NCBI GenBank assembly: GCA_951406725.2
Contig: OX597837.1
Location: 44,454,001 to 44,518,000, forward strand
Source of the DNA: Octopus vulgaris
Taxonomy: Eukaryota
Length of the DNA stretch: 64,000 nt
Reading direction: 5' to 3'
A program made the position numbers and the translations under genes. Of the stretch, positions 58,191 to 64,000 are shown piece by piece; position 1 is the first letter of the stretch, and each line of letters begins with the position of its first letter. The notes under the pieces were generated by a model that ran no database searches, was not told where the DNA came from, and saw nothing but the letters and a program-made list of their open reading frames with translations.

Positions 58191-58243
58191 ACGTATGTTC
58201 TGAACGAAGCAAGTCGGACATATTTAACCTTGAGCGATATTTC

Positions 58244-58249
58244 AATAAA
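58244..58249 (+). promoter_or_regulatory. Candidate polyadenylation signal for terminal exon A (second AATAAA at 58340-58345)
   Basis: AATAAA about 55 nt after the TGA at 58190. The hexamer is common in AT-rich DNA, so this is weak evidence alone. Confidence 0.35.
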
Positions 58250-60177
58250 TTGTAAGAAGCGTTTTACTTTTATTTTAACGGAAATTTGGAATGAGAACTG
58301 ATCATTTATCGAACTGCGCGATACTTTATTGAACCGTAGAATAAAAGGGGTTGACAATTTCCTTCGATGCTGGAACACTTTTGATCAATAGTTTGTTCGG
58401 TCATAGTTGACCGGGGCTAAGCAACAATGACAACAACAATATAAAGATGCAATGTATTTCATCGATTACCATGAATTGATTTAAACCCCCTTTAACGATT
58501 TATTTCAAAGGAATTAATCTGAGAAGAGATAAAATACATGACCTTTCATAAGGCTTCTATAATTGAGTAAAGGAACAGAGGGAAAATTATGCCCAGAGTG
58601 GCAATGTGGCCCAAGCGTCAACTCCACAGTTGTCCCTGCTAAAGGCATCTAGGGATCAGAAGATGGTATCAAACTGGGTGGTGAATCAGAGACGTTCTAT
58701 CCGGCAGGAATCCACATGTTTTCCTTCCACTGAATTTCGATCTCACAACTTTGCTCCACTTGGAACTATGGTAGATGAAATATACACAAAGTACTGCACT
58801 CTAAGATTGAACTTGAAACCTAGTAGTTTCGAAGCGAACTTCTTCATCACACAGCCATGTCTGTCTTGTAGGCTGTCAGAATAATCGAAATCATTAACAG
58901 ATTATAGTTATATATTTATCTCGTACGGAAAGACTGGATATTCCTGTTGCGCTTGGCAGATAGTTGTGCATGGACAGTTTGCTGCTTTCTCATATCTGGC
59001 GTTGAAAACAAGCTTGTTATTGCCCTCTCGTATGGAGAAGAAGAATCAACAGAATTTGTGAATCTCGAATCTTCCTCATCTGCTGGCATCAAAGTTTCAT
59101 ACAACAGTAAAAAGTGTTATTAGAAATCATTATAAGGTGGCGAGCTGGCAGAATGGTTAGCACACCGGGCGAAATGCTTAGCGGTATTTTGTTGCTGAGG
59201 TCGACTTGCCCTTTCATCCGTTCGGGGTCGATAAAATACCAGTTGAGCACTGGGGTCAATGTGATCGACTTCATCCTCCCCTGAAATTGTTGGCTTTGTG
59301 CCAAAATTTGAAACCATTATGAAGGCGAAGAGCGACCAGAGTCCTTAATGCACTGGACAAGATTAGGAGCGTATTTTTTCTGTCTTTACCTTCTGAGTTC
59401 AAATTCCACCGTGGTCGATTTTACCTTTCATCCTTTCGGAGCCAATAAAATAAATTACCAGTCAAGTACTGTGGTCGATGTAATCGACTTACCTTTCCCC
59501 TAAAATTTCTGACTTTCTATTGAATTTTCAGAAAAGAATAATTAGGTTGGTAGGCAAAAGAATCGGCAGATCACTATACAAAAATGTCATACGCTTATAA
59601 AATTAATGCGATTTGTACTAAAGGCAGCATTCCAAGACCTGGAATTTTAGGGGAGAGGGCTAGTCGATTACATCGACTCCAGTACTCAGATGGTACTTGC
59701 TTCATCGACTTCGAAAGGATGAAAGACAAAGTCGACCTCAGCAGAATTTCAACCCAGGCCGTAAAGCCGGACGAAATGATGCTAAGCACGTTGTGCAATG
59801 TGCTAGCGATTCTATCAGCTTTCAGGTAACCTACTGATCCTGTCTGCAACAAGGCTTTAGTAATCAAGGTGACAAATGATCTATGGAATACTTCAGGTGG
59901 TTGTAATTATTGCTATTATTACGGCCTATGAGTCCTGCCGATACCATATGTGATACATTTGAAGACGTTCCGTGCCCCTTTTGATCCTATATCTGCACAT
60001 AATAATTCAGAGAAGAGGAACAATGAAAACGGAAGAATGAACTCCACCCACAAAAAAAAAAAACACTCCAGAAAAAAAACCCAACAAGAAACGAGAATGA
60101 AACCGTTAACATTACGCATATTTGTGTTCATAATCCACATTTTCATATATACATATATATATACATACATGCATACA

Positions 60178-60251
<74 letters not shown>

Positions 60252-60274
60252 CATATATATATATATATATATAA

Positions 60275-60317
<43 letters not shown>

Positions 60318-61488
60318 CATATACATATGTGTGTGTGCATATATGTATGTATACACACATATATCTAGTATATATATATTATTATACATTATATATTATA
60401 TACAAGTTATATATATATATACTTATATATATAGATATATATACATATATATACATACATTTATATATATACATACGCACGTATATATACACAGAGCCAG
60501 AGTATTTTGTTTGTAATTGTATAATATCATTTCCAAAATTCTGGTAATGTATCTGCAAATTCTTAAAGAAACCACTACGCATAAAAAAAATATAAATAAA
60601 TCTGCTATTTATTGCGAGGCCGAAAAGGAAACTACGTGAACCTGTGAGAGACCACTGAAGCAAAATGACGAAACGAAACGAGTATGATCCTTTTCAATTA
60701 TATTTCCACCGCCTTAAACTTCACCAAAATTCTTCCAAAGTTCACTGAAGTTCACCAAATATGAGCACTGGTAGACAGCAAAATAGAAGAATGACGAAAC
60801 AAGCATGATGCACAAAACACTATATATATATATACATATGAAATTTTGATATAGGATAAAATCTTTATAAGAATTTATTAAGTAGTCAGTGTGAAAAACC
60901 TTATAAGGGAAAAATTATTAATTATTCCCTTTAAATATATTTATTTACATTAAGGCCACTGCTATACATAAATGCCTCACGCTACGAGGGACTCTTAAAG
61001 TTAAAACTATCATAATAAACATATTTTACCGATGGCGAGGGAATGCCTCTCTCGAAGTGAGCATCTTAAAAACAGATTCAGCCGCAGCTCATATGATTTT
61101 ATAATTAGCGCACAAAATGCACTATTTAATCGTCAGTGCAAACATAATCAAGACACATAAAAATGAACAAAAACCCAACATACCAGACGAACACCAAATG
61201 TATCCCGTATCTGTTTTTAAGATGCTCGCTTCGAGAGTTGCATTCCCTCGCGTTTGGTAAAAGGTGTTTATTATAGTAGTTTTGACTTTAAGAGCCCCTC
61301 GTAGCGTGAGGAATTTATGTGTAGCAATGCCCTTAATATATATATGGCAGAATTTCACCGACTAAATCCATTGACTGTTTCTCAAGTGCGGTTACAGTCG
61401 TCAGTGGACCACCATCATAAATGTAGGAAAATGCATGTCTTTGACTTCCTCACGTACCACCCACATCTATCTGCCTGTATGCCTGTGC

Positions 61489-61608
<120 letters not shown>

Positions 61609-61829
61609 GTCCGTCTGTCTGTCTGTCCGGCCGATGTATATTGGTCTCTCTCTCTCCTTCACTCACTTTCTCGCCACCTAATCCTACATGTCAATTTAGA
61701 CAATTAAAACCTTTTTGTTTAAAACTTGCACCGAAAAGCCTTAATAATATGTATCACAGCAGCTTCACATTTGCAACATGTATACATTATATGATGTGTG
61801 CAACATATCACTTAGTTGTGAAAGGGTGT

Positions 61830-61888
<59 letters not shown>

Positions 61889-61968
61889 GGTCCCGGGTTG
61901 AGTCGGGGTTAACCACAGTAAATAAGGTACTCAATACAACCAGAGTAAAGTAATTTATTTTATAGAAG

Positions 61969-62021
61969 GAGCTTCTACAGGACTAGAACTGTTTCATTCA
62001 GATGAAATCTTCAGGAAGCTC
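61969..62021 (-). ncRNA. Type I hammerhead ribozyme motif
   Basis: Minus strand reads GAGCTTC CTGAAGA TTTCATCTGAAT GAAA CAG-TTCTAGTC-CTG TA GAAGCTC. Perfect 7-bp stem I, 4-bp stem III, GUA site; stem II is short. Confidence 0.75.
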
Positions 62022-62062
62022 TGAATGAAACAGTTCTAGTCCTGTAGAAGCTCCTTCTATAA

Positions 62063-62098
<36 letters not shown>

Positions 62099-63220
62099 GC
62101 ACATACACACACACATACGGGTGTATGTGTGTGTGTGGTCCATTGCGGCTAAGTTTTATGTTGCACAAATCATTCATTGAGCACAACATTTGAAAGTGAA
62201 ACTAGAACTGACGAAAGAATATTTAAAAAAATCACAAAACACGACTAACCCATAACCCACGTATCGCACACGCAACGGAACATATTGCTTGATATAAGTG
62301 TACACTTATGTACCGCCGTTGCATAGCATGCTGCATGCTATCCTTTGTTTCATATTGTGGTAACTTATTTTGTAGTAGTTTGTTATATATGTTCAACGAG
62401 GCAGACTAAGAACTTACGCCAGCAAATGATCGGAGGTCTAAAAAAGACTAACACGATTTTTTACCTCGATGATCCGTACTCATTTCTGAAATAATTAACT
62501 GGGATCTTTATATCGAATATGTGGAGGCGCAATGGCCCAGTGGTTAGGGCAGCGGACTCGCGGTCATAGGATCGCGGTTTCGATTCCCAGACCGTGAGTG
62601 TTTATTGAGCGAAAACACCCAAAAGCTCCACGAGGCTCCGGCAGGGGATGGTGGTGATCCCTGATGTACTCTTTCACCACAACTTTCTCTCACTCTTTCT
62701 TCCGGCCTTGTCACTCTCTGTGACACGCTGAATATCCCCGAGAACTACGTTAAGGGTTCACGTGTCTGTGGAGTGCTCAGCCACTTACACGTTAATTTCA
62801 CGAGCAGGCTGTTCCGTTGATTCGGATCAACCGGAACCCTCGTCGTCGTAACCGACGGAGTGCTTCCATCCATATCGAATATAGATAGATAAGATCAGTG
62901 CATCCTCTACAGATACACAAACACGGATGCTCGTACATACATACAGAGAAACACCCCCACCACACGCACGTATAATTGATACATATACTCTTTACCCTTT
63001 ACTCTTTTACTTGTTTCAGTCATTTGAGTGTGCCCATGCTGGAGCACCGCCTTTAGTCGAGCAAATCGACCCCAGGACTTATTCTTTGTAAGCCTAGTAC
63101 TCATTCTATCGGTCTGTTTTGCCGAGCCGCTAAGTTACGGGGACGGAAAGACACCAGCATCGGTTGTCAAGTTATGTTGAAGGGAGAAACACAGACACAC
63201 AAACATATACACACACTTAC

Positions 63221-63300
<80 letters not shown>

Positions 63301-63591
63301 GACAAGCTTCTTTCAGTTCCCGTTTACCAAATGAACTCACAAGGCTTTGGTCGGCCCGAGTAGTAGAAGACACTTGCCCAAGGTGCCGCGCAGTGGGAAT
63401 AAACCCGGAACCATGTGGTTGGTAAGCAAAACTACTTACCACACAGCCACTGCTTTACCTATATATGTATACAGAATGTATATGTGTGTGTGTATATACA
63501 TACATATATATGTATGTATGTATGCAGTATGCAGTACAGTCATTTAAATATGCGCAAATCTCTACTACAGCAGCAGCAATGACTGCTGCTG

Positions 63592-63660
<69 letters not shown>

Positions 63661-63729
63661 TTTTCACCACTATATTGCTGTTGCTACTCCACTGCTAATT
63701 ATTAATTAATTTTTTTCTATATTTTTCAG

Positions 63730-64000
63730 AATCCCTATTCAAATGGCGAGTTTTTCGGTGCCGTCGGAGTGTTGCTGTTCATAATAATAATTTTGATAGT
63801 AGTAATAATTTTGGGTTATTGTTGGTGGCGAAAGCAAAGAGATAACGACGACGGTGACAGTGAGGCGAACTTAGCGACGAAGCCGTCAGCCATCGCAGAG
63901 TACGACAATCTTTCGAAGAATTCTTCCAAGATGAACGGCATTGAAAACAATGCTGCAAATTTATCAGGCTTACTAGAGAGCGGTGATCTTCCAAAAGAAG
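63730..64000 (+). CDS. Second transmembrane exon B (TM plus a different cytoplasmic tail), truncated by the window end
   Basis: Acceptor ttttttctatatttttcag. Phase-0 open frame NPYSNGEFFGAVGVLLFIIIILIVVIILGYCWWRKQRDNDDGDSEANLATKPSAIAEYDNLSKNSSKMNGIENNAANLSGLLESGDLPKE. A TM is followed by a basic stop-transfer RKQR, with no stop codon before the window end. Confidence 0.85.

Overview
Eukaryotic, AT-rich, microsatellite-dense DNA; the SINE and simple-repeat landscape suggests a coleoid cephalopod such as Octopus (inference, no database search). Almost all short ORFs in the track are microsatellite artefacts. The window holds the 3' part of one large + strand gene, assembled here by hand. Seven cadherin-domain exons (553-17764) give the end of one EC repeat and two further EC repeats. 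Ten small phase-0/phase-0 Pro/Thr/Ser-rich mucin-like exons follow (26446-48851, 315 aa in total), mostly tandem duplicates, each keeping an N-glycosylation sequon. Then come two phase-0 transmembrane exons. One is a 4.4 kb terminal exon (53748-58190) with a ~1,440 aa low-complexity cytoplasmic tail. The other is an unrelated TM+tail exon starting at 63730 that runs off the window and is missing from the ORF track. The architecture resembles a CDHR5/mu-protocadherin-like mucin-cadherin with a potentially variable stalk and alternative tails. The introns contain tRNA-derived SINEs of at least four families, decayed Penelope-like, RTE, Tx1/L1-like and CR1-like retroelements, a mariner, three non-autonomous Helitrons, MITEs, long fold-back elements within (TA)n tracts, and at least six well-formed minimal hammerhead ribozyme motifs.
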